Assembly (NCBI GenBank): GCA_900321035.1
Contig: ONUH01000011.1
Coordinates: 15,050-79,049 of the forward strand
Source: an uncultured Selenomonadales bacterium
Lineage (GTDB): Bacteria; Bacillota; Negativicutes; Selenomonadales; Selenomonadaceae
Direction: 5' to 3'
DNA length: 64,000 nt
This document shows, in pieces, positions 36,901 to 44,167 of the stretch. Position 1 is the first letter of the stretch. The number at the start of each line of letters is the position of its first letter. Made by a program: the position numbers and the translations under genes. The notes beneath the pieces were generated by a model. The model was given only the letters and a program-made list of their open reading frames with translations. It ran no database searches and was not told the origin of the DNA.

Positions 36901-36985
36901 CAAATACCCGCCGGAAGGCATGGAAGATGCCGTGCAGACCGTTATGACCCAATGCGAGCTGTGGACAGACAATCAAGATATGTAG
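33926..36985 (+). CDS. hsdR: Type I restriction enzyme, endonuclease/translocase subunit
   Basis: 1019 aa with an N-terminal nuclease region (RPDVVLFLNGLPIVIIELK), helicase motif I (HTQGSGKS) and motif II (VMADEAHRSQ), and a C-terminal helical domain. TTG start. Confidence 0.92.
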   Translation: MANTYTEADYEQSVMELFGGMDYEIVYGPDVERNIKSPLYDEVLEDYIRRLNPDLPSEAITDALFKLRNFENGELVQRNVVFMDYLQNGVPVRYHERGEERSSIAYLVDYATPDNNSFIAANQWTFVENSQKRPDVVLFLNGLPIVIIELKSPSREETDASEAFLQLRNYMQEIPSMFIYNAICVMSDMMTSKAGTITSGEDRFMEWKTKDGSYENTQYAQFDTFFEGIFTKERLLDIIKNFICFSNEGLAQYKILAGYHQYFAVKKAVVSTAHATETDGKGGVFWHTQGSGKSLSMVFYVHALQSALNSPTIVVLTDRNDLDDQLYGQFAKCKDFLRQEPIHAENRDHLKKLLDGRKANGIIFTTMQKFEESDEPLSERRNIVVMADEAHRSQYGLTEKIKLTRNEAGEEVAKRVVGTARIIRNSLPNATYIGFTGTPISSKDRSTREVFGDYIDIYDMTQAVEDGATRPVYYESRVIKLKLDEATLKLIDDEYDLMAQNADPATIEKSKKELGKMEAVLGNDKTINSLVSDILDHYENYRANLLTGKAMIVAYSRAIAMKIYHRILELRPGWTEKVAVVMTESNKDPEEWRKYIGNKHHRDELATIFKDNDSPLKIAIVVDMWLTGFDVPSMATMYVYKPMSGHNLMQAIARVNRVWRDKEGGLVVDYVGIAAALKQAMNDYTVRDKKNYGDTDIAKVAYPKFLEKLSICRDMFHGYDYAKFATGTDLERAKTITGAVNFIVGREKDKEKDTFIKEALLLHQALSLCSSIAPEDERFEAAFFEAVRVLVLRLTHGGEGHKISLPEMNQRINELLKQSVKSDGVINLFSDVEREFSLFDPKFLEEISKMKEKNLAVELLKKLIAEQVQIYRRTNVVKSEKFSEIIQRAMNAYLNGMLTNEQVIEELLTLAKQISEAQQEGEQLGLTADELAFYDALTKPQAIKDFYENEELIAITKELADTLRRNRTIDWQKRSSARAKMRMLIKKLLKKHKYPPEGMEDAVQTVMTQCELWTDNQDM

Positions 36986-36998
36986 GGGAAGATTTATA

Positions 36999-37035
36999 AA
37001 CCTTTTAATTATTCCTCGAACCTTTTAATTATTCC
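36999..37035. repeat. Tandem direct repeat, 20-bp period
   Basis: AACCTTTTAATTATTCC occurs at 36999-37015 and 37019-37035, 14 nt after the hsdR stop. Confidence 0.9.
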
Positions 37036-37131
37036 CTGCCTTGGCGAAGGGGAGGCTCGTTTTCTGACAATTTGGAGAGGGATTTTTGATGCTTGCCACT
37101 GCAAAATACGCCAGCCGCAAAAAGCAAAAAT

Positions 37132-37175
37132 GCCTGAAACCGCATGGAACAAACGGTTTCAGGCACAATTTTCCG
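37132..37175. terminator. Probable bidirectional intrinsic terminator at the island end
   Basis: Perfect 11-bp stem GCCTGAAACCG / CGGTTTCAGGC (37132-37142 / 37154-37164). Preceded by an A-rich stretch and followed by ACAATTTTCC. Confidence 0.55.
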
Positions 37176-37218
37176 TTTGGGCATTGTATCAAAAACGGAG
37201 TGAAGATAGAGCCGCATT

Positions 37219-38730
37219 ATGACTACACCATCTTTCATCGCCATCGACCTAAAATCCTTTTACGCTTCGGTGGAGTGCGTGGAACGCGGCCTTGACCCGC
37301 TCACGACGAACCTCGTCGTGGCCGATGAGAGCCGCTCCACGAAGACCATCTGCCTCGCCGCCACCCCTTCTCTCAAAGCCTACGGCATACCGGGCAGGGC
37401 GCGGCTTTTTGAGGTGGTGCAAAAAACGAAGGAAGCAAACCAGCAGCGCAAGGCGAAAGCGCCGAGGCACATTCTGACGGGAGAATCCTGCGACGCCAGG
37501 GAACTCGCAACGAATCCCGCCCTCGCAATCTCCTATATCGTCGCCAAGCCCCGCATGGCGCTCTATTTGAAATACAGCACCCGCATCTACGGCATATACT
37601 TGAAATATATAGCCCCCGAGGACATACACGTCTACTCGATAGACGAGGTGTTCATGGATGTGACGCCATATCTCGCTACATACCATCTATCAGCTCACGA
37701 TCTTGCGATGAAGATGATCCGGGAGGTGCTTCGAGAAACAGGCATCACCGCCACGGCGGGCATCGGCACAAACCTTTATCTCGCGAAAATCGCGATGGAC
37801 ATCGTGGCGAAGAAAATGCCAGCCGACAAGGACGGCGTCCGCATCGCCGAGCTGGACGAGATGAGTTACCGACGGCAGCTTTGGTCGCACAGGCCGCTGA
37901 CGGACTTCTGGCGCGTGGGCAAAGGCTATGTAAAGAAACTCGAAGCTCACGGCCTGCACACGATGGGCGATATTGCCCGCTGCTCCCTCGGCAAACGGGG
38001 CGAATATCACAGCGAGGCCCTGCTCTATAAGCTTTTCGGCGTGAACGCGGAACTGCTCATCGACCATGCCTGGGGCTGGGAGCCATGCCCGATGTCGGCA
38101 ATCAAGAGCTACACGCCGTCATCTAACAGTCTCGGCTCCGGGCAGGTGCTGCAGCAGCCGTATTCCCATGAAAAGGGGCGGCTCATCGTCTGGGAAATGA
38201 CCGACCTCCTCGTCCTCGACCTTGTGGCGAAAGGACTGGTCACCGATCAGATGGTGCTGCGCGTCGGTTACGATATAGAGAATATAGAAAAGGGCTACAC
38301 CGGCGGCGTCCACGTTGATCACTATGGCCGGTCTGTCCCCAAACCCGCACACGGCTCTGTAAATCTCGGGAAATACACCTCGTCCTCGAAGCTGATCCTC
38401 GCGGCGGTGGTCGACCTCTACGAGCGCATCACCGATGCGAATCTCTCCGTCCGCCGCGTCACCGTCACGGCAAACCACGTTGTTGCCGAGAAAAGCCTCC
38501 CGAAGCCGGAGGACAAAGCGGAGCAGCTTGACCTGTTCACAGACTACGAATCTATAGAACAGGAACGGGCGCGGGCTGAGAAAGAAGAAAAGAAGGAGAA
38601 AGCCCTCCAGCATGCCATGATCGCCATCAAGGAGAAATTCGGCAAGAACGCGATCCTCAAAGGGACGAACCTCGAACAGGGCGCAATGACTATCGAGCGC
38701 AACCAGCAAGTCGGAGGCCATCATGAATGA
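37219..38730 (+). CDS. Y-family (DinB/UmuC-type) translesion DNA polymerase, copy 1
   Basis: FIAIDLKSFYASVECVERGLDP...SIDEVFMDVT...ATAGIGTNLYLAKIAMD are the standard Y-family palm/finger motifs. Translationally coupled (ATGA) to the YolD-like gene. Confidence 0.9.
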   Translation: MTTPSFIAIDLKSFYASVECVERGLDPLTTNLVVADESRSTKTICLAATPSLKAYGIPGRARLFEVVQKTKEANQQRKAKAPRHILTGESCDARELATNPALAISYIVAKPRMALYLKYSTRIYGIYLKYIAPEDIHVYSIDEVFMDVTPYLATYHLSAHDLAMKMIREVLRETGITATAGIGTNLYLAKIAMDIVAKKMPADKDGVRIAELDEMSYRRQLWSHRPLTDFWRVGKGYVKKLEAHGLHTMGDIARCSLGKRGEYHSEALLYKLFGVNAELLIDHAWGWEPCPMSAIKSYTPSSNSLGSGQVLQQPYSHEKGRLIVWEMTDLLVLDLVAKGLVTDQMVLRVGYDIENIEKGYTGGVHVDHYGRSVPKPAHGSVNLGKYTSSSKLILAAVVDLYERITDANLSVRRVTVTANHVVAEKSLPKPEDKAEQLDLFTDYESIEQERARAEKEEKKEKALQHAMIAIKEKFGKNAILKGTNLEQGAMTIERNQQVGGHHE

Positions 38731-39157
38731 CACTAACCGCTACGACGATATAATCAACCTCCCCCACCCCGAGCCGACCATTCGACCACGCATGGCAATG
38801 GAGAACCGCGCCGCCCAGTTCTCGCCCTTCGCCGCCTTGACGGGCTATGACGATGCGACGCGGGAAGAAGCGCGGCTGGTGGATATAAAACAAGAATTAA
38901 GCGAGGATATGAAAGATATGCTTGACGCAAAGCTGGCGATCATTGAACAACACATCAAAGAAGTGCCGAGTGTAGCCGTTACGTACTTCCTGCCGGATAC
39001 GAAAAAAGCCGGAGGCCGCTATGTGACAGTCTCCGGCAAAGTGAAGAAGCTGGACGGTGTAGAGAGTGTGATCCATATGACGGACGGGACGAAGATTCCC
39101 ATTGGGGACGTGCGGATGATCGAGGGAGACTTGTTCCATGTGTTTGAACAATATTGA
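38723..39157 (+). CDS. YolD-like protein, copy 1
   Basis: 144 aa: PRMAMENRAAQFSPFAALTGYDD...VTYF...GGRYVTVSGKVKKLD, the typical partner of Firmicutes Y-family polymerases. Confidence 0.8.
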   Translation: MNDTNRYDDIINLPHPEPTIRPRMAMENRAAQFSPFAALTGYDDATREEARLVDIKQELSEDMKDMLDAKLAIIEQHIKEVPSVAVTYFLPDTKKAGGRYVTVSGKVKKLDGVESVIHMTDGTKIPIGDVRMIEGDLFHVFEQY

Positions 39158-39169
39158 GGAGGAATGAAC

Positions 39170-39778
39170 ATGGCTGACATCGAAAAAACCGCCGAGGCAT
39201 TGCGTGGAAAAGGATATGAGGTATCCTGCTTTGAAACGGGCGAGGAAGCGGCGCAATATCTCGACGGCAAGATTGACGGATACACAGTGGGCTTCGGCGA
39301 TTCGGAAACGCTACTCACCTTGGGCATGTTTGACCGTCTTTCCAAACACAACGATGTTCACGATCCAATGCATCGAAGCGAAGGAAAGGGATTCTACTCC
39401 ACCGCACGGGACTGCCTCACCACCGAAATATTCCTTACCTCTGTGAACGGCATCGCGGAAACCGGGGAAATGGTGAACATCGACGGCACAGGCAATCGTG
39501 TCGCCGGTTCCCTTTATGGCCATCGGAAGGTGTATTTTGTCGTCGGACGAAACAAGATTGCTCCGACGCTGCAAGAGGCCGCGCACCGCGCAAGGAACGT
39601 CGCCGCACCCATGAACGCCGCCCGACACAATTACAAAACGCCCTGCGCCGTCACGCAGGATCGTTGCCACCACTGCAAAAGCCCCGACAGGATCTGCAAC
39701 GCGCAGGTCATCTACTGGCGGAAGATGAACCACATGGACATGGAGGTCGTGCTGATTAATGAAGATTTGGGATTCTAA
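39170..39778 (+). CDS. LUD-domain (LutC/YkgG-like) protein
   Basis: GFGDSETL...FLTSVNGIAETGEMVNIDGTGNRVA...GHRKVYFVVGRNKI matches the lactate-utilisation LUD domain. ATG 39170 is 7 nt after GGAGG. Confidence 0.7.
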   Translation: MADIEKTAEALRGKGYEVSCFETGEEAAQYLDGKIDGYTVGFGDSETLLTLGMFDRLSKHNDVHDPMHRSEGKGFYSTARDCLTTEIFLTSVNGIAETGEMVNIDGTGNRVAGSLYGHRKVYFVVGRNKIAPTLQEAAHRARNVAAPMNAARHNYKTPCAVTQDRCHHCKSPDRICNAQVIYWRKMNHMDMEVVLINEDLGF

Positions 39779-39810
39779 CAGGAACTTTTACAGAAATTGA
39801 TGTACGGAGG

Positions 39811-40527
39811 ATGAATAATATAGACATGAACGCGGAATGCTTGATCTGCAAAAAGCCGTTGGTCTACACGGAAACAGACGAATTCATGGAATGCGCTCTT
39901 TGCCATAAAAGAGAACCCAGTAAAACAAAATGCGCTGACGGCCACTATATTTGCAATGACTGCCATACGCAGGGGATGGACGACCTGATCGGCCTTTGTC
40001 TGCAAACGCCATCAAAGAATCCAATTACCATTATACGGCAGATTATGCATCGTCCCTTTTGCCATATGCACGGCCCCGAGCATCATGTCATGGTAGGTGC
40101 AGCTCTTTTGACAGCCTTTAAGAACGCTGGCGGCAATATCGAACTCCATGAGGCGCTGATTGAAATGATGAATCGAGGAAAAAGTGTTCCCGGCGGCGCA
40201 TGCGGATTTTGGGGAGCCTGTGGCGCAGGAATTAGTACCGGGATGTTCATGTCCATCCTCGCAAAATCCACGCCGCTTGCCAACGAGCCATTTTCACTCG
40301 CCCATCGAATGACATCAAAGGCGCTGGACAGAATCGGAAAAATTGGGGGACCCCGGTGCTGCAAGCGGGATTCCTTTCTATCCATTTTGGCAGCTATTGA
40401 TTTCGTGGCAAAACATTTTGACGTGAAAATGGAAACGGAGAACATCGTTTGTGAGTTCTATCCGCAAAACAATCAATGTATCGGTAACAGATGTCCCTTT
40501 TTCAAAACTAAAATAAACCCGCTGTAG
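39811..40527 (+). CDS. Cys-rich protein (DUF5714-like; N-terminal zinc ribbons + GACGxxGACGAG motif)
   Basis: N-terminal CLICKK...CALCHK...CNDCH, then PGGACGFWGACGAGISTG, which is reminiscent of the C_GCAxxG_C_C motif. The family name is from memory. Confidence 0.5.
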   Translation: MNNIDMNAECLICKKPLVYTETDEFMECALCHKREPSKTKCADGHYICNDCHTQGMDDLIGLCLQTPSKNPITIIRQIMHRPFCHMHGPEHHVMVGAALLTAFKNAGGNIELHEALIEMMNRGKSVPGGACGFWGACGAGISTGMFMSILAKSTPLANEPFSLAHRMTSKALDRIGKIGGPRCCKRDSFLSILAAIDFVAKHFDVKMETENIVCEFYPQNNQCIGNRCPFFKTKINPL

Positions 40528-40532
40528 AACGT

Positions 40533-40560
40533 TTTACATCGCGCTCTTCTATGCTATAAT
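40533..40560 (+). promoter_or_regulatory. Candidate promoter of the HU gene
   Basis: TTTACA, 16-nt spacer, then an extended -10 TGCTATAAT ending at 40560. Confidence 0.55.
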
Positions 40561-40609
40561 ACCCGTGAAGCGCGGAAACACGCGCAATAAACGAAAGAGG
40601 GGATTCTTT

Positions 40610-40900
40610 TTGAAGAAAGCAGATTTCATCAAGGCCGTCGCAAAACAGGCTGGCACGTCACAGAAAGAGGCGGATGCATTCCTCACGGCAGCTCTCGGAG
40701 CAATCAAAGATGCTCTGAAGAAGGACGATTCGGTAGCGTTCCTCAAGTTCGGCACCTTCAAGATCTCGAAGCGCTCCGCTCGCAAGGGCCGCAACCCGCA
40801 GACGGGCAAACCGATCCAGATTCCCGCCGCGAAGGTCCCGGTCTTCAAGGCAAGTGCTGCATTCAAAGAACTCGTCAACGGAAAGAAAAAGAAGAAATAA
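40610..40900 (+). CDS. hup: HU-family DNA-binding protein
   Basis: From TTG 40610 (AGAGGGG upstream): KKADFIKAVAKQAGTSQKEADAFL...FGTFKISKRSARKGRNPQTGKPIQIPAAKVPVFKAS is canonical HU/IHF. Unusual Lys-rich tail. Confidence 0.85.
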   Translation: MKKADFIKAVAKQAGTSQKEADAFLTAALGAIKDALKKDDSVAFLKFGTFKISKRSARKGRNPQTGKPIQIPAAKVPVFKASAAFKELVNGKKKKK

Positions 40901-40983
40901 GCGGAATGAAACAGGCGCCTACCTGACGGTGGGCGCTTTTCTTATGCATAGGCACTCATGCGTATTGCTTTGGAGGTTTCCCC

Positions 40984-41012
40984 TTGACATTTTAGAACAT
41001 ATAATCTATTAT
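40984..41012 (+). promoter_or_regulatory. Candidate promoter of Y-family polymerase copy 2
   Basis: TTGACA (40984-40989), 17-nt spacer, TATTAT (41007-41012), 42 nt upstream of ATG 41055. Confidence 0.5.
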
Positions 41013-41054
41013 TCTATACAAACACATTTTCGGTTATGCAGGGGGGTGTCAGCG

Positions 41055-42560
41055 ATGGCCGAAGCTAAACGTGCCTGTATTGCAATCGACCTCAAGTCGT
41101 ACTATGCCTCCGTAGAGTGTGTGGAACGCGGCCTTGATCCGCTGGATACGAACCTTGTTGTTGCTGACGAAAGCCGTTCCACGGGCACGATCTGTCTCGC
41201 CGTCTCTCCCCCGCTCAAAGCGCAGGGCGTTCCCGGACGTCCCCGACTCTTCGAGGTCATCCAAAAGGTACGGGAAATCAACAGCGCGCGGAAATACCAC
41301 GTACCAGGAAGAAAACTCGTCGGAGAGTCTATAAGCGACGCCAAGTTGAAAGCCAACCCTGCGCTGGCGCTCTCTTACATCACCGCCATGCCACGCATGG
41401 GACTCTATATCAAGTACAGCAGCCGCATCTACCAGATATATCTCCGTTTCGTGGCCCCGGAGGACATCGTCGTGTACAGTATCGACGAGGTTTTCATCGA
41501 AGCGACGCCTTATCTCAAGACCTACCGCATGACAGCGCATGAACTGGCGATGGAAATGGTACGAGCGGTATTGCGCGAAACAGGCATCACGGCCACCGCA
41601 GGGATCGGCACGAACCTCTACCTCGCCAAGGTTGCGATGGATATCGTGGCGAAGAAGATGCCTGCCGACAAGGACGGCGTTCGCATCGCCGAGCTTGATG
41701 AATCCGCTTACCAGCAAAAGCTATGGAGCCATGTCCCGCTGACTGACTTCTGGCGTATCGGTCCCGGTACGGCAGCAAGGCTCGAAAAGCACAACATGTT
41801 CACGATGGGCGACATAGCCCGCTGCTCGATAGGGAAATCCTCTGACTACTGGAACGAGAATCTTCTCTATAAGCTCTTCGGCGTAAATGCCGAGCTTCTG
41901 ATAGACCATGCGTGGGGCTGGGAGCCTTGCACGATTGCGGACATCAAAGCATATAAGCCGCAATCAAAAAGTCTTTCTTCCGGGCAAGTCCTCCCGAAAC
42001 CTTATCCCTTCGCCAAAGCGCGGCTCATTGTTTGGGAAATGACCGACCTCTTGGCACTTGACCTTGTGGCAAAAGAACTTCTGACGGATCAGATGGTGCT
42101 GTATATAGGTTATGATCGTGAACTCCCGAAAGGCGGGGCTCCCTACTATACAGGACTGTTATCGGTCGATCGCCACGGACGCGTGAGGCTAACACCCGCG
42201 CACGGTTCTATCAACCTTGGGCAGCCGACTTCCTCTGCGAAGAAAATCCAATCGGCTGTGCTCGAACTCTTTGACCGCATTGTCAATCCCCATCTCCTTG
42301 TCCGCCGCGTCAACATCTGTGCGAACCATGTGACCACGGAGGCCCAAGAACGGGAACGGCCACAATCTTTCGACCTGTTCGCGGACATGGATGAGCAGGC
42401 ACAGGCTATGGAGCAGGAGCGACGGGAACGTTCCATCCAAAGAGCCATCCTGGATATCCGCCATAAGTATGGAAAGAACGCTTTGCTCAAAGGCAGTAAT
42501 TTTGAAGAAGACGCGATGACGCGGGAACGCAACCAGCAGATCGGAGGTCATCGAGCATGA
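41055..42560 (+). CDS. Y-family translesion DNA polymerase, copy 2
   Basis: Paralogue of 37219-38730 with long identical blocks, e.g. LRETGITATAGIGTNLYLAK and DIVAKKMPADKDGVRIAELDE. Start at MAEAKRACIAIDLKSYYASVECV. Confidence 0.9.
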   Translation: MAEAKRACIAIDLKSYYASVECVERGLDPLDTNLVVADESRSTGTICLAVSPPLKAQGVPGRPRLFEVIQKVREINSARKYHVPGRKLVGESISDAKLKANPALALSYITAMPRMGLYIKYSSRIYQIYLRFVAPEDIVVYSIDEVFIEATPYLKTYRMTAHELAMEMVRAVLRETGITATAGIGTNLYLAKVAMDIVAKKMPADKDGVRIAELDESAYQQKLWSHVPLTDFWRIGPGTAARLEKHNMFTMGDIARCSIGKSSDYWNENLLYKLFGVNAELLIDHAWGWEPCTIADIKAYKPQSKSLSSGQVLPKPYPFAKARLIVWEMTDLLALDLVAKELLTDQMVLYIGYDRELPKGGAPYYTGLLSVDRHGRVRLTPAHGSINLGQPTSSAKKIQSAVLELFDRIVNPHLLVRRVNICANHVTTEAQERERPQSFDLFADMDEQAQAMEQERRERSIQRAILDIRHKYGKNALLKGSNFEEDAMTRERNQQIGGHRA

Positions 42561-42997
42561 ACGCGCCAACGAATAATCCCCACTGCTATGACGATATGAT
42601 CGGCCATGGGCACCCTATATCAAGGACGCACCCACCGATGGCAAGGAGCAAGCGTGCCGCACAGTTCGCTTCCTTCGACGCCCTGACAGGTTTCGGGGAT
42701 GCCATCTGTGAGGCGGGACGTGAGACCGAAGCCAAACAAGAACTAAGCGAGGATATGATTGATATGATTGACGCCAGACTGGCTGTTATCGAGCAGCACA
42801 TCAAGGAGCAACCGCGCATCGCCGTTACATATTTCCTGCTGGACACGAAAAAAGCCGGAGGCCGTTATGTGACGGTCTCCGGCAATGTGAAAAAGCTGGA
42901 CGGGATAGAACGTGCTATAATCATGGCAGACAGAACAAAGATTCCCATTGAGGATGTCAGATATATCGAAGGGGATTTGTTCCGGCTGTTTGAGTAA
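42557..42997 (+). CDS. YolD-like protein, copy 2
   Basis: Paralogue of 38723-39157 (KKAGGRYVTVSGNVKKLDG...). ATGA overlap with the polymerase gene. Confidence 0.8.
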   Translation: MNAPTNNPHCYDDMIGHGHPISRTHPPMARSKRAAQFASFDALTGFGDAICEAGRETEAKQELSEDMIDMIDARLAVIEQHIKEQPRIAVTYFLLDTKKAGGRYVTVSGNVKKLDGIERAIIMADRTKIPIEDVRYIEGDLFRLFE

Positions 42998-43051
42998 TGA
43001 GGCCTCTCATTTCTTCTTCAGGGTTTCTCTGTAAAATACTACAAAATATAA

Positions 43052-43148
43052 ATTTGTCGCCGCCATTTCAAGGGGCATATCCGAGTAGTAGCACACGCCA
43101 CTTTTTACTACGTTTTTACTACGAATGACGGCCTCAATATGCCGCGAT
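43052..43148. repeat. Direct repeat, copy A (partner at 50532-50628)
   Basis: Ungapped alignment at a constant offset of 7480 bp. I count 66/80 identical over 43071-43150. Contains GTAGTA/TACTAC half-sites and TTTTTACTACG twice with an 11-bp period. Confidence 0.85.
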
Positions 43149-43259
43149 TTGCCCCCATTTGCCCTTTTGTAATATTCAGACGAAGTTTTGTTCTTTTTTC
43201 AAAACGCGCATAATGCGGCATACGACGGCGTATTGCGGCATTTCGGAAAGGAGAATCCA

Positions 43260-43396
43260 ATGACGAAAATACTTTTTGTTTGCCAAGCAAGAAATTCTTT
43301 TGGGCCGTCCAGTGGCATCCAGAGTTTGATTTTCATATAACTCTTGGAATGCAAAAAGACTTTGCAGCGTTTCCGATATGGTACTCTGGGCGTTGA
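43260..43396 (+). pseudogene. Remnant of a class I glutamine amidotransferase-like gene
   Basis: A strong RBS plus ATG gives only MTKILFVCQARNSFGPSSGIQSLIFI*. The +1 frame reads FWAVQWHPEFDFHITLG, carrying the GATase1 (V/L)QWHPE hallmark. This fits an internally deleted or frameshifted gene. Confidence 0.35.
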
Positions 43397-43449
43397 ATGG
43401 GGCATCAACAATGAAACCGTTTTTTACAGCAAATTTTTCTTGACCCGGG

Positions 43450-43513
43450 AAGCCTCCCGCATTATAATTAAAACGTGTTTTAGAACGTGTTTTAATTATA
43501 ATGCGGGAGGCTT
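43450..43513. promoter_or_regulatory. 64-bp palindrome overlapping the tetR RBS (operator / hairpin)
   Basis: Perfect 24-bp arms AAGCCTCCCGCATTATAATTAAAA (43450-43473) and TTTTAATTATAATGCGGGAGGCTT (43490-43513), with a 16-nt spacer CGTGTTTTAGAACGTG. Each arm contains TATAAT. The right arm contains the GGAGG of the tetR-family gene. Confidence 0.8.
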
Positions 43514-43517
43514 TTTG

Positions 43518-44153
43518 ATGAAAGAACGGGAACAGACAGAGCGTGTCCGGCGGCGGATTCTGGAGACGGCGAAGAAGCTTTTTGTCGCGCAAGGCTACGA
43601 AAAAACGACCATCCGGCAGATGGTCGAAAAATCCGGCATCGCCTCCGGCAGTATTTACCATTTGTTCAAAAACAAGGAGGAAGTTTTTCAGGCAGAGATT
43701 GAGGAATTGATGGAGCGGTGCGTCGAGGAAATCAACGGACGTTTTCCCCGCGAGGACGGTCTTGCAAAATACATCGCGGTCTGGGCTTTGGAGACGCACG
43801 CCATCGCGACGTCCCCGATACTCCGGGAAATCTTCTACCATGCCTATACCTCGGATACCATGTTTGAAAAACTGCTGGACCGGCACGTATTGCTTTTGGC
43901 GCGTTTCGATGTGCGGCTTCCGCCGGAAAAAGACGCCCGCATCCGCGTCACGCTGCTTGGCGGCGCCATGCGCGGCTATATCGCGTCGTTCGCTTTCGCG
44001 AAGCCTTTCGACGAATCCGCGTTCCGCTCCGAGCTTTTGGCGATGGTCATGAACGCGTTGGGAGCGTCGCCAAAAACGCAGGCGGCAATATGGCGCACGC
44101 TGGAAAACAGGGATGGGGAATGGAAGGAAATCGCCGCCGTTCTTTTGCGGTGA
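43518..44153 (+). CDS. TetR/AcrR-family transcriptional regulator
   Basis: N-terminal RILETAKKLFVAQGYEKTTIRQMVEKSGIASGSIYHLFKNKEE is the TetR HTH signature. Confidence 0.88.
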   Translation: MKEREQTERVRRRILETAKKLFVAQGYEKTTIRQMVEKSGIASGSIYHLFKNKEEVFQAEIEELMERCVEEINGRFPREDGLAKYIAVWALETHAIATSPILREIFYHAYTSDTMFEKLLDRHVLLLARFDVRLPPEKDARIRVTLLGGAMRGYIASFAFAKPFDESAFRSELLAMVMNALGASPKTQAAIWRTLENRDGEWKEIAAVLLR

Positions 44154-44167
44154 AAGGGGGAGACAAC

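Larger units (their letters stand above)
27770..37040 (+). other. AT-richer defence island (ABC-3C-like cassette + HTH + type I R-M), seven co-directional genes
   Basis: By eye, clearly lower G+C than both flanks, lowest in 27.8-34 kb. Junctions are overlaps of 17, 16 and 1 nt, a 5-nt gap, a 17-nt overlap and a 49-nt gap. Bounded by a promoter-like AT-rich region and a terminator plus tandem repeat. Confidence 0.7.

Noticed and set aside
37100-37218. LexA (Cheo-type GAAC-N4-GTTC) boxes upstream of the Y-family polymerases (also 40984-41054).
   Set aside because: Only near-misses were found: GAACAAACGGTTTC inside the hairpin at 37147-37160, and TAGAACATATAATCTA at 40993-41008. Neither fits the consensus, so SOS control is not supported from sequence alone.
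43176-43886. 236-aa minus-strand ORF and the N-terminal extension of the tetR ORF (43344-43517).
   Set aside because: The minus ORF is antisense to the TetR gene. The apparent conserved peptide SRIIIKT..FNYNAGGF appears in both strands only because both read through the 64-bp palindrome.
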